A stretch of 62,839 bases of DNA from Phycisphaerales bacterium (GCA_013003065.1 JABDLI010000179.1:1-62839), one strand, 5' to 3'. Shown: positions 9,874 to 17,585, counted from the stretch's first letter. The notes: generated by a model from the letters alone, not told the origin. Translations and numbers: made by a program.

Positions 9874-10493
9874 TCGAGCGGTTCCAGCTCGACCGTGTCG
9901 ACTCGACCAACCTCGAGGCGCGCCGCCGCGTCGAACGCGGGCTGATCACCTCGACGGCGTGGATCACCGCCCGCACGCAGTCGGCCGGTCGGGGCACCCA
10001 CCAACGCCGGTGGGCCTCGCCCCGCGACGCCGGGCTCTACGCGACATTCATCCGGGTCGGGGCGGTTTCCCGCCCGGTGACCGCCGAGTACACCCGGGCC
10101 GCGGGCGTCGCGTGCGTCGAGGCGATCGCGGCGGCGACCGGCGTGAGCGTGCGACTCAAGTCGATCAATGATCTGTGCGCCGGTGGAGGCAAGGTCGGGG
10201 GCATTCTCACCGAGGCGGTGGTCGAGGCCGGCGTCATGAAGACCCTGCTCATCGGCGTCGGGATCAACGTGCTCGCGGCGTTTCGCCCCGTGGCCAAGGG
10301 GGCGTTGCCGGCGATCGCGCTTGCGGATCTGCGTTCGCCGGACGACGCGGCCATCGATCCGGCGGCGCTCGAGAGCGCCGTGCTGAATCGGCTGGCGACG
10401 TGGGTGAGACGCGTGGAGGAGCACGGGGGATGCCAAAGCACCGAGCAAGCGTGGATGCGGCACGCCGTCGACCCCGTCGCCCGGCGCGTGTGA
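9870..10493 (+). CDS. birA: biotin--[acetyl-CoA-carboxylase] ligase, short class I form
   Basis: The motif RTQSAGRGTHQRRWASPRDAGLYATF matches the BPL GRGRxGRxWxSPxG motif. There is no N-terminal HTH. GTG 9870 overlaps the hmgL stop (GTGA). Confidence 0.8.
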   Translation: MIERFQLDRVDSTNLEARRRVERGLITSTAWITARTQSAGRGTHQRRWASPRDAGLYATFIRVGAVSRPVTAEYTRAAGVACVEAIAAATGVSVRLKSINDLCAGGGKVGGILTEAVVEAGVMKTLLIGVGINVLAAFRPVAKGALPAIALADLRSPDDAAIDPAALESAVLNRLATWVRRVEEHGGCQSTEQAWMRHAVDPVARRV

Positions 10494-10570
10494 AGCCTTC
10501 TCAGCGAGCGGCGAGCGTGCTATCGTCCCACATCGACGCGGCCGAAATCGACGCGGCCACTGGAGGTTCC

Positions 10571-11686
10571 ATGCTCGGTGCCCTGACCATCCAACGGCTG
10601 CTCATGAAGATGTCGGAGGTCGAAGCCTCGGATCTGCACATCAAGGCGGGCTCGCCCCCCGTCCTGCGGATCGCCTCGGTGCTGCACAAGATCGATTCGC
10701 CGGCGCTCAACGCCGACGACACGCGGCAACTGCTGGCGCCGCTCATTCCCGATCACTTGCGTTCGATGCTCGAGCAGCGTGGCGGTATCGATTTCTCGCA
10801 CCACGAGGGTGAGGACCACCGCTTTCGGTGCAGCGTCTTCCACGCGGGGCATGGTCTCCATGCGGCGATTCGCCGGGTCAATCCGAAGGTCCCCGACTTC
10901 GACGACCTCAACCTGCCGCCGATCTACGAGACCATGACGTCAGAAACGCACGAGGGGCTCGTCATCGTCTGTGGCGTGACGGGTTCGGGCAAGAGCTCGA
11001 CGCTCGCGGCCATGATCGACCACATCAATCACCGCCGCGGCGTCAACATCCTGACCGTGGAAGATCCGATCGAGTACCTGTTCCGGCCCGACCACGGGTT
11101 CGTGAGCCAGCGGGAGATCGGGATCGACGTCCCGGACTTCCCGACCGCGTTGCGTTCGGCGGTGCGTCAGGATCCGGACGTCCTGATGATCGGCGAGATG
11201 CGTGACCGCGAGACCATGCTCGCCGGCATTCAGGCGGCCGAGACGGGTCACCTCGTCTTCGCAACCCTGCACACCGCCGACACGATGCAGGCCTTCGCCC
11301 GTGTGCTGGAGTTCTTCGACACGCGCGACCACGCCTTCATCCGATCGGGGCTCTCCGCCGGGCTGCGGGCGGTGATGGCCCAGCGGCTCATCCCCTGCGT
11401 CAAGGAAGGCGTGCAACGAGTGCCCGCCACGGAGGTGCTGCTCAACAACTCCACCGTCAGCGACAAAATTCGCGAAGGCGAGGACGAGGATCTCCCGGCC
11501 GTCATCAATGCGTCGGAAGGCGAGGGCATGCACGACTTCACCTCCAGCATCGCCCAACTGGTCAAGCGGGACATGGTCGCGTTGAAGACGGCGGAGAAGT
11601 ACGCGCCAAACGCCGAAGCGCTGAGATCGCGGGTGCGTGGTATCCAGGTGAAGGCGGACACGCTCGTCCAACGCGTCAAGAAGTGA
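10571..11686 (+). CDS. pilT: type IV pilus twitching motility ATPase PilT
   Basis: Walker A GVTGSGKSST, the Asp box, Walker B and His box are present at PilT-like length. GGAGG lies 4 nt upstream of ATG 10571. Confidence 0.9.
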   Translation: MLGALTIQRLLMKMSEVEASDLHIKAGSPPVLRIASVLHKIDSPALNADDTRQLLAPLIPDHLRSMLEQRGGIDFSHHEGEDHRFRCSVFHAGHGLHAAIRRVNPKVPDFDDLNLPPIYETMTSETHEGLVIVCGVTGSGKSSTLAAMIDHINHRRGVNILTVEDPIEYLFRPDHGFVSQREIGIDVPDFPTALRSAVRQDPDVLMIGEMRDRETMLAGIQAAETGHLVFATLHTADTMQAFARVLEFFDTRDHAFIRSGLSAGLRAVMAQRLIPCVKEGVQRVPATEVLLNNSTVSDKIREGEDEDLPAVINASEGEGMHDFTSSIAQLVKRDMVALKTAEKYAPNAEALRSRVRGIQVKADTLVQRVKK

Positions 11687-11721
11687 TCGCGTTTTCGAGC
11701 GGAGCGCCCAAGCGGAGCGCA

Positions 11722-11760
11722 CAAAAAAACTCCGGCGACCGGAAGGACCGGCCGCCGGAG
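11722..11760 (-). terminator. rho-independent terminator (minus strand)
   Basis: On the minus strand: CTCCGGCGGCCGGTCCTTCCGGTCGCCGGAG followed by TTTTTTT. The outer stem is 8 bp (CTCCGGCG/CGCCGGAG) and there is an inner CCGG pairing. Confidence 0.7.
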
Positions 11761-11812
11761 CGTAGTTCTTGGCGGACTGCACAAGCCGTGCAATCCCGTC
11801 GGGTGCACGGAA

Positions 11813-11871
11813 TTACGAGTGCAGTCCCCTCATACAGTCACAACTATTGGTCACTGGATCACCTCCTTCAT
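11813..11871 (-). other. two coupled micro-ORFs behind a 15-nt anti-16S complement (MKEVIQ*, then GTG-initiated MTNSCDCMRGLHS*)
   Basis: On the minus strand, AAGGAGGTGATCCAG (11868..11854) is a perfect complement of the canonical 16S 3' tail CUGGAUCACCUCCUU. GTG 11854 lies 7 nt after GGAGG. The first ORF's stop and the second ORF's start overlap as GTGA. Translation has not been shown. Confidence 0.25.
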
Positions 11872-12193
11872 GAGACAAGGTCTGCTCCGGCCGTCGCGAG
11901 GCTGTGACCCCTCGCCGCTGGAATCCTTTCCCCCTGAGCGTCCCCAGGGGCTCATCGCCCGGACTCCGGGAGCCCGGTCGTCGCGGAGGTCTCGGCTCGC
12001 CCGGCAGGGGGTTCTCCCCTGGTTTGGGCCGAGCGCCGACCGCGATGCTGGACAGTATCGCCCAAAGCCGCCGCAGGCCAACAAAAAAGTCGGGAGCGGA
12101 GACCATTTCCGAAGTGTCCCCGGGCGTCGCCGTCTCCGGGTGGCGGCAAGCACCGCACTGGGGCGAACCGCCGATCCGCCGGACACAACCGAG

Positions 12194-12354
12194 CAGGCCG
12201 CTCAAGAACTCCGACGGCCCCAGATCGGCGAGCTTCCGCCCTGATCGCACCGTCGATTCTCGACGTATCACAGGGGATATGCCTTCGAATCGCCGGCGCA
12301 ATCAGGACGAAACCTCACTCGATCGGGACCGCGCCGGAGTTCTCGAGCGGCCTG
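12194..12354 (-). ncRNA. 161-nt extended RNA hairpin in the ftsK 3' region (unclassified)
   Basis: The 5' arm (12354..12295) pairs with the 3' arm (12251..12194) in about 53 pairs. Eight of these are G.U only on the minus strand. There are three mismatches and two bulges, plus an apical 6-bp helix. Confidence 0.45.
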
Positions 12355-14904
12355 CTAGTGGCGGACGACCTCGCCCGCGCTCGTCTCGATGACCGGTGGT
12401 TCGTCGAGTTCGTCGTCGAGCTCGTCGTCGAGTCCGCCGGACTCCTCGATCGCCCTCATCTGTTCCCACTCCTCGAGCGTGATCATCACCTCGCGGGCGA
12501 CGGACCCCTTGTGATCGCCGAGGATCCCGGCCTGTCCCATCTGGTCGACGAGACGTGACGCGCGGCCGTAGCCGATCGACAGCCGACGCTGCAACAGCGA
12601 CACCGACCCGCGACCGGATTCGATCATCACCCGCACCGCGTCGTCGAAGAGCGGGTCCCGTTCGTCCACCGGAAGTCCATCACCGCCGCTCGAAGCCGTC
12701 TTCACCGCCATGAGGCTGCGTTCGAAGCTCGGGACCGCAACTTGCTTGAGATACCGCGCGACCTTGCGGATCTCGGTGTCCTCGACGAGCGTCCCCTGCG
12801 CTCGCATGATCTCGGACGTGTGCGGGGTGAGGAACATCATGTCGCCCTGACCCAGGAGCAGCTCGGCTCCCTTGGAGTCGAGCACGATCCGCGAGTCCAT
12901 GCCGCTGGCAACCTTGAAGGAGACGCGGCACGGCATGTTGGACTTGATGAGCCCCGTCACCACGTTCGCCTGCGGGCGTTGGGTGGCGAGGATGAGGTGA
13001 ATGCCGACCGCGCGGGCCTTCTGCGCGATCCGAACGATCGAATGCTCGACCTCCTTGCAGGTCATCATCATGTCGGCGAGTTCGTCGACGACGAAGACCA
13101 TGTAGGGGAGCTTCTTGGGGATCCGCGCCTTCTCCTCCTCCGTCTCCGCCTCGAAGAGCTCGTAGAGCTCGCCCTCGGTGAGCTTGTTGTACGCGGCGAT
13201 GTTCTGGACGCGTGCTTCCTGGAGCAGCTCGTAGCGTTCTTCCATACGCTCGACGGCCCACTCCATGATGGCGGTGGCCCGCAACGTCTCGGTCACGACG
13301 GGGCACATGAGGTGCGGGACGTCGGCGAACTGGCTCATCTCGACCATCTTGGGGTCGAAGAGCACGAGCTTGAGCTCGTCCGGCCGCTTCGTGTACAGCC
13401 AGCTCATCAGGATGGAGTTCATGCACACGCTCTTGCCCGAGCCGGTGGTGCCGGCGATCAGCATGTGCGGCATCCGCGTGAGGTCGGCGACGAGCGGCTC
13501 ACCCGACGAGTCCTTGCCGAGGAACATCGGCAGCACCATGCCGTTGGCGTGACCACCGCTCATCAGCTCCTTCAGCCGGACCTTCTCGCGTGTGGCGTTG
13601 GGGACCTCGATGCCGATGGCGGTGCGGCCGACCATGTTGGGCACGATGCGGATGTTCTGCGTGCGAAGGCTCCGGGCGATGTCGCTGGAGATCGCGCTGA
13701 CCTTCGACACCTTGGTACCCGGCGCGAGCTGCACCGAGTAGAGGGTGACGGCGGGGCCGGACTCGATCCCGACCACCTCGGCGTCGATCCCGTAGGTGTG
13801 CAGCGATTCCTCCAGGTGCTCCGCCTGCTTGCGAACGAACGACTCCATACGCTGGGAGAAGTTGGTCTCCGGATCCTTGAGGAGCTCGAGCGTGGGAAAC
13901 TGGTAGTTCTTGAAGTTGTCGGTGCGTGGAATGTCCTCGTCGCGGGCGACCGTCTTGTTTCGAGACGCCATGCGGACGGGGAGCTTCGAGATCTTCTCGC
14001 GGAGCTGCGCAGCCGTCAGCCGGGCACGAGCGGGCTCCGTGCTCTCCTCCGCGGCGACAGCGATCTCGGCGGGCGTCGGCTCGGCCGCCTCGTCCTCGTC
14101 GGCCTCGTCGTCTTCGTATTCGTCCTCGTACTCGTATTCGTCGTCTTCGTCGCCCTCGTATTCGTCCTCGTATTCGTACTCGTCGTCTTCGTCATCAGCG
14201 TGATCGGCGTGCTCCGGGTCATCAGGGCGACGCAGCCGGGCCGCGCCCGCCGCCAGGACGGCGCGGGGGCGTTCGAACAACGCGGTCGCGCCGTCGGCGA
14301 TCGCCTGGGGCCACGCCGTGATCAAGCGAATCGTCCGGCCGAGGAGCCGCGGCACTGCCAGCACCGCCCGGTCGGCGGCGACGATCCCCCCGACGCCCAG
14401 ACCGGCGGCGAGGGCGAGCAGCGTGCCGACGGTCGCAAACCGCGGCAGCAGCGACGCGACGATCGTCTGGGCCAGCAGCCCCGGCTCGGTCGCGGCCAGC
14501 GGACCGGTGCGGGGAAAAAGGACGGCATGGAAGCCCGACACGCACACGGCCGCCAGCGCCCAGCCCAGCAACCGAAGCGGAACATGCCCCATCGCCCGTC
14601 CGCGGGCGAGCTGAGTCAGCCCGGCGGCAGCCCCGAGCAGCAGGACCCAGACCCCGATGCCGATGACGTGGTACCCACCGTAGGCCACGACCGCGCCGGC
14701 CGTGCCGCAGAGGTTGGCCGTGGGATCGTTGTGCACCGCCACGGCGTGGGACGGCCAGTCCGCCGAGTCGAACGTGGCGAAGGCAACCACCGCGAACAGC
14801 CACACGACGGCCGTGGCAAGCCAGCCAGCGCGGCCGACCAGCTCGACGGGGGTCAGCTCGTCCTCGGTCGCGATGCGGCGCGCATTGACAGCTCGCTTGG
14901 CCAT
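12355..14904 (-). CDS. ftsK: DNA translocase FtsK/SpoIIIE
   Basis: It has N-terminal TM segments, an acidic linker, a motor domain with P-loop GTTGSGKSV, and a C-terminal gamma-like wHTH (SVSLLQRRLSIGYGRASRLVD). Confidence 0.92.
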   Translation of the reverse strand: MAKRAVNARRIATEDELTPVELVGRAGWLATAVVWLFAVVAFATFDSADWPSHAVAVHNDPTANLCGTAGAVVAYGGYHVIGIGVWVLLLGAAAGLTQLARGRAMGHVPLRLLGWALAAVCVSGFHAVLFPRTGPLAATEPGLLAQTIVASLLPRFATVGTLLALAAGLGVGGIVAADRAVLAVPRLLGRTIRLITAWPQAIADGATALFERPRAVLAAGAARLRRPDDPEHADHADDEDDEYEYEDEYEGDEDDEYEYEDEYEDDEADEDEAAEPTPAEIAVAAEESTEPARARLTAAQLREKISKLPVRMASRNKTVARDEDIPRTDNFKNYQFPTLELLKDPETNFSQRMESFVRKQAEHLEESLHTYGIDAEVVGIESGPAVTLYSVQLAPGTKVSKVSAISSDIARSLRTQNIRIVPNMVGRTAIGIEVPNATREKVRLKELMSGGHANGMVLPMFLGKDSSGEPLVADLTRMPHMLIAGTTGSGKSVCMNSILMSWLYTKRPDELKLVLFDPKMVEMSQFADVPHLMCPVVTETLRATAIMEWAVERMEERYELLQEARVQNIAAYNKLTEGELYELFEAETEEEKARIPKKLPYMVFVVDELADMMMTCKEVEHSIVRIAQKARAVGIHLILATQRPQANVVTGLIKSNMPCRVSFKVASGMDSRIVLDSKGAELLLGQGDMMFLTPHTSEIMRAQGTLVEDTEIRKVARYLKQVAVPSFERSLMAVKTASSGGDGLPVDERDPLFDDAVRVMIESGRGSVSLLQRRLSIGYGRASRLVDQMGQAGILGDHKGSVAREVMITLEEWEQMRAIEESGGLDDELDDELDEPPVIETSAGEVVRH
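14090..14215 (-). repeat. in-frame acidic tandem repeat in the FtsK linker
   Basis: It encodes DEDDEYEYEDEYEG / DEDDEYEYEDEYED, a 14-aa unit present twice, flanked by further D/E runs. The DNA repeat ttcgtcctcgta.tcgta.tcgtcgtcttcgtc is visible on the plus strand. Confidence 0.6.
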
Positions 14905-14947
14905 AGCGGTTGGTGTATCGACCGCACGGGCGTCCGGGGGTCAAGAT

Positions 14948-16603
14948 TCAGGTTGCCGATCCGGCGGCCTTCCGCGTGAGCAGCGACCGGCCCGTCATCT
15001 CCGGTGGCGGCTCGAGCCCGAGCAGGTCCAGCAGGGTGGGGGCGACGTCGCTCAGGCCGCCCCCGGTGCGCAACCGTTGCCCGTCCAGGCCCTCGCCGCA
15101 CACGATGAGCGGGACGTCGTACGTCGTGTGCGCCGTGTGGGGAATCTCCTCGACCGGATCCCACATCTGCTCGGCATTGCCGTGGTCGGCGGTCACGATC
15201 GCGCGGCCGCCTCGCGTGGCCAGCGTTTCCAGGATGTGCCCCGTGCCGGCGTCCGTCGCTTCCACGGCCCGGATGGTCGCCGCAAGATTGCCCGTGTGAC
15301 CCACCATGTCGGGGTTGGCGAAGTTCACGATGATCACCGGCTCGCCCGCCGCGTCCCGGAGCCGGCCTATGACCGCCTCGGTCACGCCGGCCGCCGACAT
15401 CTCCGGTCGCTGGTCGTAGGTGCGGACGTCCCGCGGGCTCGGAATCAGGCAACGCGACTCGCCGTCGAAGGGCTCCTCGCGGTAGTCGTTGAGAAAGAAC
15501 GTGACGTGCGCGAACTTCTCCGTCTCCGCGCACCGGAACTGCCGGATGCCGTGATCGGCGAGAACCCCGCCCAAGATGTTGACCATGTTCGGCGCGCGTT
15601 CGAAGACCACCCGAACGGGAAGACCCTGCTCGTACGTGGTCAGCGTCGCGAAGTAGAGATCCTCGAGCGGGCGACCCCGGCGGAACCCACCGCCTTCGAC
15701 CCGTTGCCACGCCGCATCGGGGAGGACGAACGACCGGGTGATCTCACGGGGCCGGTCTCCGCGGAAGTTGAAGAAGATGACGGCGTCACCGGATCGGATT
15801 CGACCGTTCGCCGCGTCGCCGTCGGGTGGGCACACCTGCGTCGGCGGCAGAAACTCGTCCCCGCTCATGCCCGTCGCGGGCGTCGCGGCGTAGTGCCGCT
15901 CGAGAATCTCGCGAGCGTTGTCGCCGGTGCGGGGCGTCACGAGCGCTTCGGGAACATCGTTGCCGGTCAGGCAGGCGTACGCCGCGGCCACCCGATCCCA
16001 CCGGTGGTCGCGGTCCATCGCGTAGTAGCGTCCGATCACCGACGCGATCCGGCCACCGCCGGCGGCGGCCAGACGCTGCTCGACCCGGGCGACGTAGATG
16101 AGCCCACCGGTCGGCGCCGTATCCCGACCGTCGGTGATCACGTGCACGAACAGGCGGTCGGCCGCCACGTGCTTGACCGCGAGGTCGATGAGCTTCTCCA
16201 GATGCGACAGATCGCTGTGCACCTTGCCGTCGCTGACGAGACCGAGCAGATGCACGCTTCCATCGTGGCGACGAGCATGTTCGAACGCTTCGAGAAAACC
16301 GGGCTTGCGTTTGAACGAGCCGTCGGCGATGGCCTTGTTGATCCGCTGGATCTCCTGGTCCACCACGCGACCGGCCCCGATGTTCTGGTGACCGACTTCC
16401 GAGTTGCCCATCGTGCCGGGGGGGAGACCCACCGCTTCGCCGCACGTGCGCACGAGCGTCGTGGGCCAGCGTCCGACGAGCTCGTCGTCGACGGGCGTGC
16501 GGGCGAGGCTCACGGCATCGAACTGCCGGTGCTCCGGGTTGGGGTTGCGGCCCCACCCGTCGCGGATGATGAGAACGACCGGCGTCCTCGGTGTCGCAGA
16601 CAT
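14948..16603 (-). CDS. gpmI: 2,3-bisphosphoglycerate-independent phosphoglycerate mutase
   Basis: A 551-aa iPGM (VLIIRDGWG..., SEVGHQNIGAGR, TADHGNAE). Confidence 0.93.
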   Translation of the reverse strand: MSATPRTPVVLIIRDGWGRNPNPEHRQFDAVSLARTPVDDELVGRWPTTLVRTCGEAVGLPPGTMGNSEVGHQNIGAGRVVDQEIQRINKAIADGSFKRKPGFLEAFEHARRHDGSVHLLGLVSDGKVHSDLSHLEKLIDLAVKHVAADRLFVHVITDGRDTAPTGGLIYVARVEQRLAAAGGGRIASVIGRYYAMDRDHRWDRVAAAYACLTGNDVPEALVTPRTGDNAREILERHYAATPATGMSGDEFLPPTQVCPPDGDAANGRIRSGDAVIFFNFRGDRPREITRSFVLPDAAWQRVEGGGFRRGRPLEDLYFATLTTYEQGLPVRVVFERAPNMVNILGGVLADHGIRQFRCAETEKFAHVTFFLNDYREEPFDGESRCLIPSPRDVRTYDQRPEMSAAGVTEAVIGRLRDAAGEPVIIVNFANPDMVGHTGNLAATIRAVEATDAGTGHILETLATRGGRAIVTADHGNAEQMWDPVEEIPHTAHTTYDVPLIVCGEGLDGQRLRTGGGLSDVAPTLLDLLGLEPPPEMTGRSLLTRKAAGSAT

Positions 16604-16610
16604 GCTTCAG

Positions 16611-16616
16611 AGGATA
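16611..16616 (-). promoter_or_regulatory. -10-like TATCCT 7 nt upstream of the gpmI ATG (leaderless candidate)
   Basis: On the minus strand: GCTATCCT-CTGAAGC-ATG(16603). There is no SD in the gap. Confidence 0.35.
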
Positions 16617-16711
16617 GCACGACGCTCCCGCCGACCGGCCGCACCCGACCCCCCCGTGACGCGTCAGGATTCGCGCAAGAACCGCGGAGAGCCCGCCCCG
16701 CGCGGCGGTCG

Positions 16712-16740
16712 TTGCCACCGGTGCAGTTCGCCCCTATCCT
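16712..16740 (+). promoter_or_regulatory. sigma70-like promoter TTGCCA-N17-TATCCT, 7 nt upstream of the yggS ATG (leaderless candidate)
   Basis: TTGCCA is at 16712-16717, TATCCT at 16735-16740 and the ATG at 16748. Confidence 0.45.
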
Positions 16741-16747
16741 CGGAGCC

Positions 16748-17563
16748 ATGGCGACGGTCTCTCGCGAACGAGAAACGATGCCCGGACGCGACTCCCTCAA
16801 GGCGCGGTACGAGGCGGTGCAGACACGCGTTGCCGAAGCGGCGACGCGGGGCGGCCGGAACGGTGGCGACATCGTGGTGGTGGCCGTCACCAAGCACGCG
16901 GCGATCGACCAGATCCGCGAGCTGATCGCGCTCGGGCACCGCGACTTCGGCGAGAATCGCACGCAGACCCTCGTTCAGCACGCCGCTCAAGTCGAGGATT
17001 ACCTCGATCGCAGGCGGCAACTGCGTCGCGCGAGCGGCGGGGAGCTGCCCGCCGACATCCGGTGGCACATGATCGGCCACCTGCAACGCAACAAGGTGCG
17101 CAAGACGCTGGAGCTCGTCCGGCTCGTTCACTCCGTCGACTCGCTGCGGCTGGCGGAGGAGATCCAGCAGGCCGCGGCCGCGGTGCTCGACAAGCCGGCC
17201 GAGGTGCTCATTCAGGTCAACATCGGGGCGGAGAAGCAAAAGCACGGCATCGCACCCGCCGCCACGCGGCACCTGATCGAGCAGATCGACACGATGTTCA
17301 ACGTTCGCGTTCGCGGGCTCATGACCATGGCCCCCCTCACCGAGGACCGCGCCGTGATCCGCTCGGTCTTCCAGCGGGGACGCGAGCTGTTCGAGGACAT
17401 CCGACGCAGCGGTGGCGTGAACGAGCGGTTCAACATCCTCTCCATGGGGATGAGCAGCGACTACGAGCTGGCCGTCGAGTGCGGCGCGAACATCGTGCGG
17501 GTCGGCACGGCCATCTTCGGTCCGCCCGCCGATGGCGACGATGCCGCCGACGACCTGAGCTAG
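16748..17563 (+). CDS. yggS: YggS family pyridoxal-phosphate homeostasis protein
   Basis: VAVTKHAAIDQIRELIALGHRDFGENRTQ...WHMIGHLQRNK...MGMSSDYELAVECGANIVRVGTAIFG is typical of the YggS/PROSC family. This is the C-terminal part of track ORF 14702..17563. Confidence 0.88.
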   Translation: MATVSRERETMPGRDSLKARYEAVQTRVAEAATRGGRNGGDIVVVAVTKHAAIDQIRELIALGHRDFGENRTQTLVQHAAQVEDYLDRRRQLRRASGGELPADIRWHMIGHLQRNKVRKTLELVRLVHSVDSLRLAEEIQQAAAAVLDKPAEVLIQVNIGAEKQKHGIAPAATRHLIEQIDTMFNVRVRGLMTMAPLTEDRAVIRSVFQRGRELFEDIRRSGGVNERFNILSMGMSSDYELAVECGANIVRVGTAIFGPPADGDDAADDLS

Positions 17564-17585
17564 GTCCTGTCGGACAGGACCTAGC
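17559..17585. other. perfect 27-nt palindrome containing both convergent stop codons (yggS TAG, rex TAG)
   Basis: gctaggtcctgtcggacaggacctagc has an 11-bp stem and a 5-nt loop. Neither side has a U-tract. Confidence 0.6.

Noticed and set aside
11854-11868. The plus-strand CTGGATCACCTCCTT, identical to the 16S rRNA 3' end, as a possible rRNA gene fragment.
   Set aside because: The flanking sequence does not continue the 16S sequence (no GGAACCTGCGG upstream), and no rRNA-like sequence is nearby. I interpret it instead as an SD on the opposite strand.
11880-11990. Resemblance of the leader (CUCAGGGGGAAAGGAUUCCAGCGGCGAGGGGUCACAGCC...GGCCGGAGCAGACCUUGUC) to cobalamin or TPP riboswitch cores.
   Set aside because: The matches are only fragmentary. 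Key elements are missing (GGUG..AAUCC and GCCACUG for B12; CUGAGA and ACCUGAUCUGGAUAAUGCC for TPP). There is also no transporter or biosynthesis gene downstream.
12083-12088. The T6 run on the minus strand as the ftsK terminator.
   Set aside because: No stable hairpin ends immediately before the T-run. The nearest stems (GGAGAC/GUCUCC) are separated from it by 9 nt.
11813-12106. A 97-aa ATG-initiated ORF (MVSAPDFFVGLRRLWAILSSIAVGA...) in frame with the micro-ORF and with a signal-peptide-like start.
   Set aside because: Its third-position G+C is only about background level, unlike the strongly GC3-biased real genes here. The rest is P/R/G-rich, and there is no SD or -10 box at its ATG.
11687-12354. 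The possibility that the 670-nt gene-free gap holds RNase P RNA, tmRNA, 6S or SRP RNA.
   Set aside because: I checked both strands by eye. Only a partial AGUCCGGGC resemblance to the RNase P P4 strand is present, and there is no matching ACAGAACCCGGCUUA-type 3' strand. There is no tRNA-like GGUUCGAAUCC...CCA end or GGGG 5' end for tmRNA. The length and architecture do not fit. An Infernal scan is still needed to be sure.
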